Shown piece after piece: positions 52,885 to 64,000 of a stretch of 64,000 bases of DNA. The translations under genes were made by a program, and so were the position numbers. The stretch lies in NCBI GenBank assembly GCA_951406725.2, contig OX597824.1:36270001-36334000 (forward strand), given 5' to 3'. The notes beneath the pieces are model-generated. The model made no database searches, was not told where the DNA came from, and saw only the letters and a program-made list of their open reading frames with translations. Origin of the DNA: Octopus vulgaris (Eukaryota). How positions within the stretch are numbered: the stretch's first letter is position 1; the number at the start of each line of letters is the position of its first letter.

Positions 52885-54320
52885 TCTTCTGTTTATGGAT
52901 GACTTGAAATTGTTTGGGAAATCTGAAAAACAGATAGATTCCTTAACTAAAACAGTCCAGAAGTGTAGTAGGTACATCGGTATGGAATTTGGGATTACCA
53001 AATGCTCGGTACTTAATATGAAAAGAAGGAAGAGCATCCTGGAGAGGATTGCAATTACCATCAGGAGAGACAATGGATGAAACCGACGGTAGTGGGTACA
53101 GATGTTTAGGGATTTCGGAGTTGGATGACATTCTACACAGAGAAATTAAAGTCAAGGTTAGCGAGGTGTTTCAAAAAAGGGTAAAGATGATGTTGAAATC
53201 CAACCTGACTGCCAAAAATTTGATTACCGCAATTAATATCTGGGCAGTTGCAGTGATCAGATATAGTGGGCCCATCCTCTATGGACTAAGGAGGAAATAT
53301 CAACACTGGATAGAAGGACGAGAAAGTTGATGACACTGCATGGGGTGCTATACCCTAAGGCAAACGTAAACAGTCTGTATATGAAAAGAAGGAATAATAG
53401 CAAAGGACTAATTAGTATAGACCATTGTATAAAGAGTAAAAGGAGAACGCTTGCCGAGTATTTGATAAATAGTGATGAAGACCTGCTGCAATCTGCCACG
53501 AATGATATGGGTGTAAATGCAGATGAAATGATGGGCTAGGAAGAGTTAAACAAAAGAGCTGAGGAGAAGAGAAAAGAAGACCTTCTTGAAAAGAGAATGC
53601 ATGGACAGTTTGAAAGGAATACATAAGACGTCAAGGATAATAGAGTATCGTGGGCATGGCTTGAGCGAGGTGAATTGAAGCATACCACCGAAAGCCTGAT
53701 CATTGCTGCGCAAGACTATGCTCTCGCTACCAATTCAGTGAAGTATAACATCTATAAAACTTCTGACACTCTGAAGTACAGACTCTGTGGAAAGTGTGTG
53801 GAAAATGTGACCCACTTGATAAGTGGATGTGAGAGCCTTGTACAAAAAGAATACAAGCGCCGCCACGATAGAGTGTGTGTTTATCTTCATTGGCTCTTAT
53901 GCTATAAATGCCAATATGAAGTAAGAGAGAACTGGTATGATCATGTACCAAGTAAAGTTATCGTGTAATCGAACACCGTCGACCGGATATTGTCATATTG
54001 AGTAAGAGAGACAAATACTGTCAGATCATTGATGTAGCCATGCCAAATGACATGCAAGTTGTGAGTAAAGAGGTTGAAAATGGAATGCGAGGGGATAATG
54101 TAAAAGTGATATCAGTGGTGAGCGTAGGGCTCAATCCCATTGAAACTTCAAGACTTCTTAAGGCAACTGGAAATCCCATGCAAGATTGATGTCTTGTAAA
54201 AGCAGCCTGACTGGGCACAGCGTACATCTTAAGGGAAGCATTATCTGTCTGAGGTGCTTGTTGAGACTTGACAGATGACTAAAGACTCCGGTGCATTTTT
54301 ACCTAAACTGTGTTACGAAG
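52885..54320 (+). mobile_element. Degraded R4/Dong-like LINE 3' portion followed by (TAA)n
   Basis: FMDDLKLFGK, ESLIIAAQD, RLCGKCVENVTHLISGC, RRHDRV; ends in a (TAA)n tract. Confidence 0.85.
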
Positions 54321-54419
<99 letters not shown>

Positions 54420-54667
54420 TACCTAATCAAGTTCCTATAGCCGACTCAGTTTAGAGCACTTTTATAATACAGTTCTATATTTAAGAGATGAGGAATTATG
54501 TACATTATTTACATTTGACGGATATTTGTTCTCATCTTGTTTGTTGTTAACACAATATTTCGGCTGATGTGCCCTCCAGATTTCATCAGGTAACTGGGGG
54601 AAATTTCGAACCTGGGTTCTTATTCCTAAGGTATTTTTCGATGTCCTCCTCCTCCTCCTCCTCCTCC

Positions 54668-54698
<31 letters not shown>

Positions 54699-54859
54699 TA
54701 TTATTATTGTTCAGGTCACTGCTTGCAATCGAACTCGGAATTCTGGGGTTAGTAGCCCGTACTCTTAACCTCTACGCCATATGCCTGTGGGCATATGGCG
54801 TAGTGGTTTAGAACGCGGGCTACTAAACCCAGGATTCCGAGTTCGATTCCAAGCAGTGA

Positions 54860-54993
<134 letters not shown>

Positions 54994-55078
54994 GTGATGG
55001 TGATGATGATAATGATGATGGTAATGGTGGTGATAATGATGATAGTGATGGTAATGGTGATGATAATAACAATAATAA

Positions 55079-58000
55079 GCCGACTACGGCTGCTATAATG
55101 GTACGATTATAATTGTAACGGCAATGATGGCCGTCTCCCCACGAGCCAATCAAAGCTAAAAAATGATAACATTACCGTAGCACCAAAATGTTTTTGGAAA
55201 CTAAAAGGAAAACTAAATCAGTATACCAAATCGCTTGTCCTATGGTTAATCTGGAAGCGCGTCCCCCAGGGAAGAGCCAGCCTGGGATCGAAAAGTCATC
55301 AACTGGCACAAACTCTTCTCCGAATACGGACATGGATGGTCACTTGAACGGGAAATCCCCCAACTCGAGCCCTCCAAGTTCACCACCACAACCACCACAG
55401 AAAGAAAAATGTAAGCGGAACAAATGGACCCGAGAAGAGCATAAAGAAGTAATATACGCTTATTACTATGCATTAGGTAGGCCATCTCAAGAGAGACACA
55501 CCGCAAACTCTTACAGTATATGGAGAACACGAAATCAAGACAGTAGGCCCTATTTGGACGAGAACAAATTAGCAAATGTGAGGAGGGATATCCTTAGAAA
55601 TAACAGACTCACAGACAGTGAAATAAGCGCGATCAAGCACGCAACGGAAAATGACATAAATATAAGACACAAAGGAAATGAAGAATCAGATGAACAGTAT
55701 AGCCCGCCACGAGGCTTAATTGAAAGACTGCCATCTGACCAAAGTACGCAAAGGCCTGAAGATACAAGAAATTCTATTGTACCTGTTAAAGATAGCCAGG
55801 AAAACGAAAAAAACAACAGTAACTGAAGATCTCGCATTTGCTGAAGAACACAGAGAGTCTATGGCAGAAATGAGGCAGAAAATCCTGAATACGCTTGAAG
55901 TTGTAAGACTTACAAGTATGAATGATAGAGAACCACTTCATAAACTCTCAAATACAAACCAAAATAAAAAACAAATCCAAATTGGCAACTATGTAACAAA
56001 TGAAATAATACGAGAATTAAAACCTGATTTTACTGAGTTAAATGAAATTATTTACGCTTCTGCTAGGGCAATTGAAACCAGCTGTATGCCCCCGAAAAAA
56101 CAAAGAAATCAAACCTGGAGAAGTAAAATTGAAAAAGAGATTGAATTTATGAGAGGGGAAATATCAATATTAAATGAACTAATATGTGGAAATGATGTAA
56201 GATCCAGAACAGGAAGAAAGATGAAGAGAAAATTTGGATCCTCACCAAGAGAAGAACTGATATCAATAAAAGAAACGCTGAAACAAAAAGTCCAAGCAAA
56301 AGCCCAAAGAATACGAAGATTTGAGAAGAGAAACAAGTTTTACAAGCAAAATAAGCTGTTCACATCCAATGCCAAAAAATTCTACAGAGCAATAGGGAAG
56401 GAGAAAGTAACCGTTAAAGACCCCCCTCCCATGGAAGAAGTTCAAAACTTTTGGAAAAGGATTTGGAGTGACAAGAAGACGTACAACATAAATACAGACT
56501 GGATTATACAAACTGAAGGATCCTACCAAAATTTACAACAACAAGCATGGGAAGACATCACAATAGCAGACCTAAGAAAGGCACTCACGAAGGCCCATAA
56601 TTGGAAATCCCCCGGTAAAGAGAGGGTGCCGAATTTCTGGCTCGCATCGCTCCCATGCGCACACGGTAAGCTAGTTCAGCTGCTCAATGGAATTATGAGA
56701 GACCCAAAGAAAACACCTGAATGGTTAGCAAGTGGCATTACTTACCTACTCCCAAAGAATAACGAAACCAACCTTCCAAAAAACTATCGGTCTATAACCT
56801 GTCTATCCACCACGTATAAAATCCTAACACCTATCCTGGCGGAGAAAACATATGCATTCATGGAGAAGAACGATATTTTCCCCATTGAACAAAAAGGGTG
56901 CCGCCGAGGCTCTTACGGATGCAAAGATCAACTGCTAATCAATCGTATGATCCTTGAGAACTGTCACAACAAGCGCAGAAATCCCAGCACCGCATGGATT
57001 GACTACAAAAAGGCCTTCGACAGTATACCGCATCCATGGATCTTGAGATCGCTGGACATCTTCAAAATTTCCCCTGTGATTTCAAACTTCCTGAAGCACA
57101 ATATGTCGTTGTGGAATACGAATCTCCAATTATACCACTCTAATGGAGTACTTGCCTCAGAAAATATAAACATCAACTGTGGAATTTTTCAAGGTGACTC
57201 ACTTTCACCTTTAATATTCTGCATAGCCCTAATACCCCTTACAAGTGAATTAAACAGAACAGGGTATGGGTATAAAATTGCCAATAAAAAAATAAGCCAT
57301 CTATTTTATATGGATGACTTAAAACTTTATGGTAAAGACAATAATGAACTTGAAGGCCTATTGCGCACCGTGAAAGCATTCAGCGATGACATCGGGATGG
57401 AGTTTGGACTTGAGAAGTGTGCCAAGGCCACTTTCCAGAAAGGGAAAGTGAAGACCACAAATTCAGTCGTGTTAGATGTTGACACAGTCATAAGAGAGCT
57501 TGAGCAAGAACAAACATACAAATATTTAGGGATAAATGAAGGCTCTGGTATTCAGCATGCAAGCATGAAAGAGAAAATCAGGAAGGAATGTTATAGGAGA
57601 GTTCGTGCAGTCCTGAAATCTGAACTAAATGCACGTAACAAGGTGTTAGCTATAAATTCCTTAGCAGTTCCAGTTGTTACTTATAGCTACAATGTGTTGA
57701 ACTGGAATATGAGTGAAGTAAAGAATATAGATAGAAAAATACGCAAGCTGCTGAGTTGTAATAGGATGCACCACCCAAAGGCAGACGTAGATCGCCTTTA
57801 CCTTCCCAGAGCCCAAGGAGGTCGAGGCCTGATCCAATTTGAACTAGCTTACAAAACAACCACAATTGGACTGGCCAAATATCTCGAAATATCGAATGAC
57901 TGGATGCTAAAGCTCGTGGAAAATCACGAGAGACGAAAGAATCTTCATTCTATCATAAAGGAAAGCAAAAAATTTGCTATTGATCTCGTGCAGGATACCC

Positions 58001-59033
58001 AAACTGAACAACCCGAGGGAAGTACGGCAACTATTGTTGCAAAGAAGATGAAAATGATGGCAATGAAGAAAGCGCACGAGCAATTGGCTGATAGGTGGGA
58101 GGAGAAACCTCTGCACGGCAAATATGTGACCCGCAGCAAACAAGCTGATGTTGACCAGAAGCAAACCCATCAGTGGCTACGGAGCTCAGGGCTAAAAGCA
58201 GAGAGCGAAGGTTTCATCCTGGCTGCTCAAGATCAAAGCCTATTAACCCGGAACTACCAGGCCAATGTGATGAAAAATGGAGCAGACCCAAAATGCCGAT
58301 TCTGCAACGACATGATTGAAACAGTGGACCACCTAATCTCTGGATGTAAAGTCTTAGCACCAGTGGAGTATAAATTAAGACATGACAGAGTTGGCCAATA
58401 TCTCCACTGGCTAATAAGTCGGCATTACAATATCAAAACTGCCGACAAGTGGTATAATCACCACCCTGAGGCTGTAACTGAAGGAGAAAATGTAACCATT
58501 CTGTGGGACTTTCCAGTACATACAGACCGAACCATCAAGGCCAATAAACCAGATATTGTTGTGAAAGACCAAAACAATAAAGTTTGCTTATTGATCGACA
58601 TGAGCATCCCCTGTGATCATAATATCTCAGCGAAAGAGTTTGACAAGCTCAGAAAATATAAAGACCTACTCATTGAAATTGAAAAAATGTGGCATCTCAA
58701 GGCGGTTACAATACCAGTGATCGTAGGAGCACTAGGAATGATCAAGAAGGGAATCGAAAATTATATGAGAATGATCCCTGGCTTACCATCCCTGCAAGAA
58801 GTGCAAAAGATTGTCTTAACTGGTACATCACACGTATTGAGAAGAGCATTGTCGATGTGAGAACTGTTGCTGCTCATGTATTTTAATTTAACTTAAAAAA
58901 AAAAAAAAAAAAATGAACGAACTACTGAGTTTGGTTTAATGGCCTACCAATGTATACTATGAGTTTCTTTGCCCTAGGAGTCGGGAAGACACTCGGCAAG
59001 AAATGGAAGCAAATTTGAAAGAAGAAAAAATAA
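55079..59033 (+). mobile_element. Near full-length R4/Dong-clade non-LTR retrotransposon inserted in (TAA)n
   Basis: N-terminal KWTREE region, RT (QGDSLSP, YMDDLK), CCHC finger, RHD, PD..D restriction-like endonuclease; (TAA)n on both flanks. Confidence 0.92.
55188..58860 (+). CDS. RT-RLE polyprotein (about 1223 aa if one extra A in the A7 run at 55807-55813 is removed)
   Basis: ORFs 55188-55826 and 55720-58860 are offset by +1; removing one A reads ENEKTTVTED straight through. Confidence 0.8.
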
Positions 59034-59134
<101 letters not shown>

Positions 59135-59449
59135 AACAACAACAACAACAACAATAATAATAATAATAACCTCGAAAATACCTTAGGAATGAGAACCCAA
59201 GTTCGAAATTTCTTTAAGGCACCTGATGAAAGCTTGTGGGTATATCAGCCAAAACTTGTTAACAACAAACAAGATGAGGACAAATATCCGTCAAATGTAA
59301 ATAATGTAAATAATGTAAATAATGCACTTTTATAATATTTGGCATATTATTTGAATGTTTCCTTATTACTGGATACATATGAAATTTTATAAGACACCAT
59401 GTCACTCATTGATTTAAGGACAGAATGAGAGTGATTAGATAACAAGTTA

Positions 59450-59870
59450 ACCTAATTAAGGAGCCCATCAGATTTCTGGCGAGAAGAAAAAGAATCGTTT
59501 TGTAAACCTGAGGTATCACCCTGGAAGTTTGCACTTTGAAGACCGGAACAAAAACATACACTATAGCCAACTTTCTTAAAGAAGTATCTTAATTCTTTTA
59601 CGATATTGTTCGATTTCTCGGTTACTATAACCCTGGACCGCAAAGAGAGCATCATCTCTATACAGACCATCGGAAATATTGGGGAAGTGATCCCAGTGAC
59701 TGTAAAGTTGGTAACATCTTACGAGGTCTGTGACTGGTGCCGAATCGCTAACCGCCATTGGAATGTCGAAGTTATCGAGGGTATCCTTGCAGGCCCAAAG
59801 TTTTCCGCCAAACTTGATAGCTGTTCGACTGACAGCTAGAATAATATCCACACCTCGCTTAGCTAGGGCG
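59450..59870 (-). mobile_element. Penelope-like RT fragment (different clade from 36763-38624)
   Basis: NFDIPMAVSDSAPVTDLV...GLYRDDALF. Confidence 0.65.
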
Positions 59871-59875
59871 GAATT

Positions 59876-60907
59876 TTAAAGTGCAAAAAGAAGAACCTTA
59901 TTAAGCAGATCTTTTACAAGTTGTTTATAAACTCCTGCATTTAACTTTCCATGTAATCGCACCAAAGGGCCCACACCATCTCCAGATATATTCCCCCAAA
60001 CCATGACACTTTCTCCGCCGAATTTAACACTAGTCTTAAGGCATTTAGGCGACAAATTTTCACCTACTTTTCGACGAACCATCTGAGCCAAATAACAAAC
60101 TTAGATCCATCACTGAAATGCACTGTTTGCCATTTTTCTTGAGACCACAACACATGTTCGGTTGCAAAGGTAAGACGATACATTTTATTCTTGGAGCTGA
60201 TCAGTGGCTTCACTGCAGGTGCTCTTGCTTGTAGGTCATGTTCAACTAAACGACGAGACACAGTTTTTCGAGATAAAGTTTTCTTCAGTACAATGCTCAT
60301 TTCCCGAGAAATAGCAGCAGCAGTTTTAAATCTGTCCTTTTTAACCAACTTTACCATAGCACAATCTTCTCTCTTGGTCGTTTTTCTTGGCCTACCTGTA
60401 GACTTTCTTGCTTCACATGAACCACAATCATCGTAGACCTTAAGAATACCGTGAACAACACTTTTTGACTTGTTAACAATCTTTGCAATAGACCCAATAC
60501 TTAAATTATCCTTCTTCCGAAGCTTAATAATCTACTGACGAATTGGTAACGGAGTAAGTGGCATTATATTAACAAAGTACACTGCAGATATTCTTACTAA
60601 TGTTTAGTAAACGAACCGTCACGTAAACAAATTCAAAACATTAGAGATCGCCAGTTAAATATACTAAAACATGGAGTAAAAGCAACCGTTCTGATCATTT
60701 TGGCCGCCATAGGTTTTGCAGTAAATTACTAAATCATCCATAACTTTTGTATTATCCTCTCAAATTACACCAAAATCTGAGACAATAACAAATAATATCA
60801 TATTTATTGTCTGTGAAAATGATAGAATATAAAACAACTTTGATAAAAAATTATACCTACTTTTCTGACGAAAACAATGCCGTTCTGAATATTTTGGACG
60901 CAACTGT
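59876..60907 (-). mobile_element. Tc1-like transposon, 3'-truncated
   Basis: TA-flanked TIR cagttgcgtccaaaatattcagaacg; GRPRKTT, KWQTVHFSDGSKF, KFGGESVMVWG. Confidence 0.88.
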
Positions 60908-61124
60908 ATATATTTAAGGAGAATTCACAAAAAAAAACAAAAGACGAAGACAGGTGGCACAGAAAACAAACAGATGTATTAGTTCAACGCTCAAGAAGTG
61001 AAAAAGTATGTAACGTTTCCAGTCTACGCTCTACCACAGAAAGAAAAAGGGAGAGAAACAGGGAAGAGAGAGAAAATAACGTGTACATGTATATGTACAT
61101 ATATATGTATATATGTACATATAA

Positions 61125-61460
61125 GTGAAGACGCATGGCTCAGTGGTTAAAGCGTCGAACTTACGATCGTGAGGTTGTGTGTTCGATTCCCGGACCGAGA
61201 TGCGTGTTGTGTTCTTGAGCCACACGCTTTATTTCACGTTGCTCCAGATCACTCAGCTGTAGAAAGCAGTCGCAACATCACTGGTGCCAAGCTGTAACAG
61301 CCTTTGCCTTTCCCTTGGATAACATCAGTGATATGGAGAGGGGAGGCTGGTATGAATTGGTGACTGCTGGCCTTCCACAAACAACCTTGTCCGGACTTGT
61401 ACCTCGGAGGGTAATTTTCTAGGTGCTATCCCATGGTCATTCACGACTGAAGGGGGTCTC
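61125..61460 (+). mobile_element. tRNA-derived SINE (family C)
   Basis: Homologous to 7515-7853. Confidence 0.85.
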
Positions 61461-61739
61461 CACATATATGTCTATGTACGCGCGCATGCTTTCACAGCTA
61501 CAATACATATTTCTATCTATTTATTCTATAGTTTTTATTTACGTCATGTTTTCACGTGATACATTTCTTAGCAACGCTAGGTTCTAAGTTTAACGTTTAA
61601 AATTTCTTTTGTGTGTCCATGCGGGCTATGGAGACCTCTTATGCGTCCATAGCTTGTATGGACATATAAGAGATTCAGTGGTATCACCGAAAGACTAACA
61701 GAGATAGTTGAAGAATGTACAAAAAAATAGACTCTCTCA

Positions 61740-62560
61740 AATGTCAGGGAAGGATTCTTGGAAGTAGTGGACAGTTTTCATTATTTAGGCGACTAAGTTA
61801 GTCGTGATGGAAGCTGTTCTGAAAGCATAGCTGCAAGAATAAGAATAGGCTGAGCATAGTTCAAAGACGAGGTGTAAATGTATGATGCCTGTGTACGAAC
61901 ACCTACGCTACACAGCAGTGAAACCCGTATTCTCTGCCGGATGAGTAATGTCTGAGTGCATATACGATAGAGTGTGATTTGAGAGAAGAACTGGGTATAC
62001 GAGACATCATATGTAGTGTACAAAAGAGAAGAGTGCGCTAGTATGATCATGTAATGCGCATGAATTAAGACAGTTGCATCAAGAGATGCCGATCTCTAAT
62101 TGTAGAGGGAAACTATGGAAGGAGTAGACTCAGGAAGACATGCAACGAACTGCTGAGAAAGGATCTTCGGAAGTTGGGCTTCAAAGAGGGTATGACAGGA
62201 GACCGTGACTCTTAGCGGTTTGCTGTGCATAGAATGACACATCAAACTAAGTAAAATTGCGGTAGACCTTGCATAAAGGCATGTTCCCTGCATCTGTATC
62301 CATTTAAGCGTTCCAAATCTTGCAGGCTCGTTGGTACTGGGGCTGCGCAAATGCACGCATGCTGGTGCTGCGTAGAAGCATTCAGTACATTCTGTAAAGT
62401 GGTTGACGTTAGGAAGGGCATCCAGCCATGGAAGCCATATCAAGACAGACATGGTGCCTAGGCAACTCTTCAGCTGATCAGCTCCTGTCAAGCCGTCCAA
62501 CACATGCCAGCAAGGAAAACGACGCTAAATGATGAGGATGACGACGATGATGACGAGGAG
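61740..62560 (+). mobile_element. RTE LINE 3' end, degraded
   Basis: LEVVDSFHYLG; aggaagggcatccagcc...catgccagcaaggaaaacgacgctaaatgatg tail. Confidence 0.7.
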
Positions 62561-62614
62561 GAGAAGGGGAAGGAGGGATGCACGAGCTAAAATAACAGAG
62601 TTGAGAAGGATATA

Positions 62615-63047
62615 AATTATTATTAACTTTACTTTATGCTGATTATTACTATTATAGTATTTAATCATTTGAAATGTAACCTATCAAGATTGGCTGTAAT
62701 TTTTACTTAATGCATTCTGTAGTTTTAGCAATAAGAATTTAGAAAAAGAAAGAATTATTAAATAAACAAATACCTCGTTATTTCACCTTAAATGTCAGGT
62801 ACCAATTTAGAAATGATGGAAAATAAATAATCTATTATTAATGTATGTAATGAAAGCAATTAGTTGGTATATCAATATAAAAATTCCTTCTCCCTAATTG
62901 TTGTACCCTGAACTGACGTGGCTACTGAGAGGGTGGGTGACCCATGTAATAATTGTCTTGACAATATAAATATGAGTAAGAAACAATTGAATTAAACCAT
63001 GAGCTGGTTTTTGGACAGAGCATAATATTTGTGAATGCTTTGCAATC
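62615..63047 (+). promoter_or_regulatory. Promoter/5'UTR of M4 paralog 3; TATAAA at 62965-62970
   Basis: Homologous to the 34.0-kb and 42.3-kb modules. Confidence 0.75.
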
Positions 63048-63096
63048 ATGAGGCATTTGTTGGTTATATTTTATTCCTGGCATCCCCTATTCGGCA
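63048..63096 (+). CDS. M4 protease paralog 3 exon 1 (MRHLLVIFYSWHPLFG + phase-1 A); exon 2 expected beyond the window
   Basis: gcaatcATG...GGC A|gtaagt, intact start and donor. Confidence 0.8.
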
Positions 63097-64000
63097 GTAA
63101 GTATATTTTCTAGAATGTTTCATTGTTTAAATTTACATGTATTTTGATTTTGCATTTTCTTCTGGTGACAAACCACTCATTTCCCACATAGAATATTTTG
63201 TAGAAGTTTTGACTTATGGATTATTGTAGTACCTCTACTATTCTCTACCAAACCAAACTTGTAATCATCCTCAACTATTTCTCCTTTGTGACGAGCTCTA
63301 TCAACATGTTGCTGCCTTAGTTAAGACCCATTAGCACAAGAACGAGTCTTAACTATTCTGACATATTCCTTGGTTAAGCTGAATCACAAATTTTTTTCCT
63401 GTATTCCAGACCCAACTATATAGCTATGCAATTACTTCACAAATGATTGTGTCAGCATTACTCTTTCTCTCTCTCTCTCTCTCACTCTCTCTCTCTCTCT
63501 CTCTCACTCTCTCTCTCACTCTCTCTCAGAAACGACTTGTGCTCTTCATCTACTTTGTCAATTGTGACGCCTCGTCATTACTTTCCAACTGTCTCAAAAG
63601 ATTTGATGTAAAAAGAGAAGGTTAATAGTAACCAACAACTGGTTGTTAAGGATTATTTCTTTCTGTTTTATAATGAGGATAGTGGTGTAGATATCCATCA
63701 CCTGGATTTTTTCACCAGTACAAAAGATATCCATTCTTATCTGTTTGAGCTCCTTGAAAATTTGAGTTATATATGTTGTACCTACTTCCATACAAGGCGA
63801 ATGAGTGTTAAGGGGACAAAAGGGACCATATGCTTCACTACAAATTTGTGTTATATTCTGTTTTCATTCTGGGTTGAAACGTCTGCAATGGTGTAATTGA
63901 CGTAATTCTTAGGAATCTGATTAGAAAACCAGCTGAAAATGTGTAGTAATGTGCCTACGTGCATAATGTAGATCCGCATGAGATTTATGAAACAAATATT

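Overview
Eukaryotic, AT-rich, repeat-dense animal DNA. The SINE families, microsatellite load and RTE/Penelope/Dong content suggest an octopus or other cephalopod genome; this is an inference from pattern recognition. Two host loci are visible. The first is a GNPNAT1-like gene on the minus strand (clear exon at 6199-6334, candidate ATG exon ending at 15110). The second, and the main finding, is a tandem cluster of secreted thermolysin-family (M4) zinc metalloproteases that resemble gammaproteobacterial LasB/vibriolysin enzymes but have a eukaryotic gene structure: TATA box, a 52-nt signal-peptide exon (42625-42676), a 6.3-kb transposon-filled GT-AG intron, a 1.86-kb second exon (48989-50847) and poly(A) signals. 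The promoter plus exon 1 module occurs three times (about 34.0, 42.3 and 62.6 kb), with pseudogene remnants between copies. This fits a domesticated and expanded horizontally acquired protease family. The rest is nested mobile DNA: a near-intact R4/Dong LINE in a (TAA)n tract, a second RLE-LINE family tied to (TACA)n, Penelope-like elements with hammerhead ribozyme motifs and palindrome+tail+TSD footprints, Merlin-type MITEs carrying TTAGGG, a Helitron with a 146-bp array, and Gypsy, Tc1/mariner, pogo, RTE, CR1, L1 and several SINE copies. All alignments and coordinates were read by eye, so repeat boundaries are approximate.
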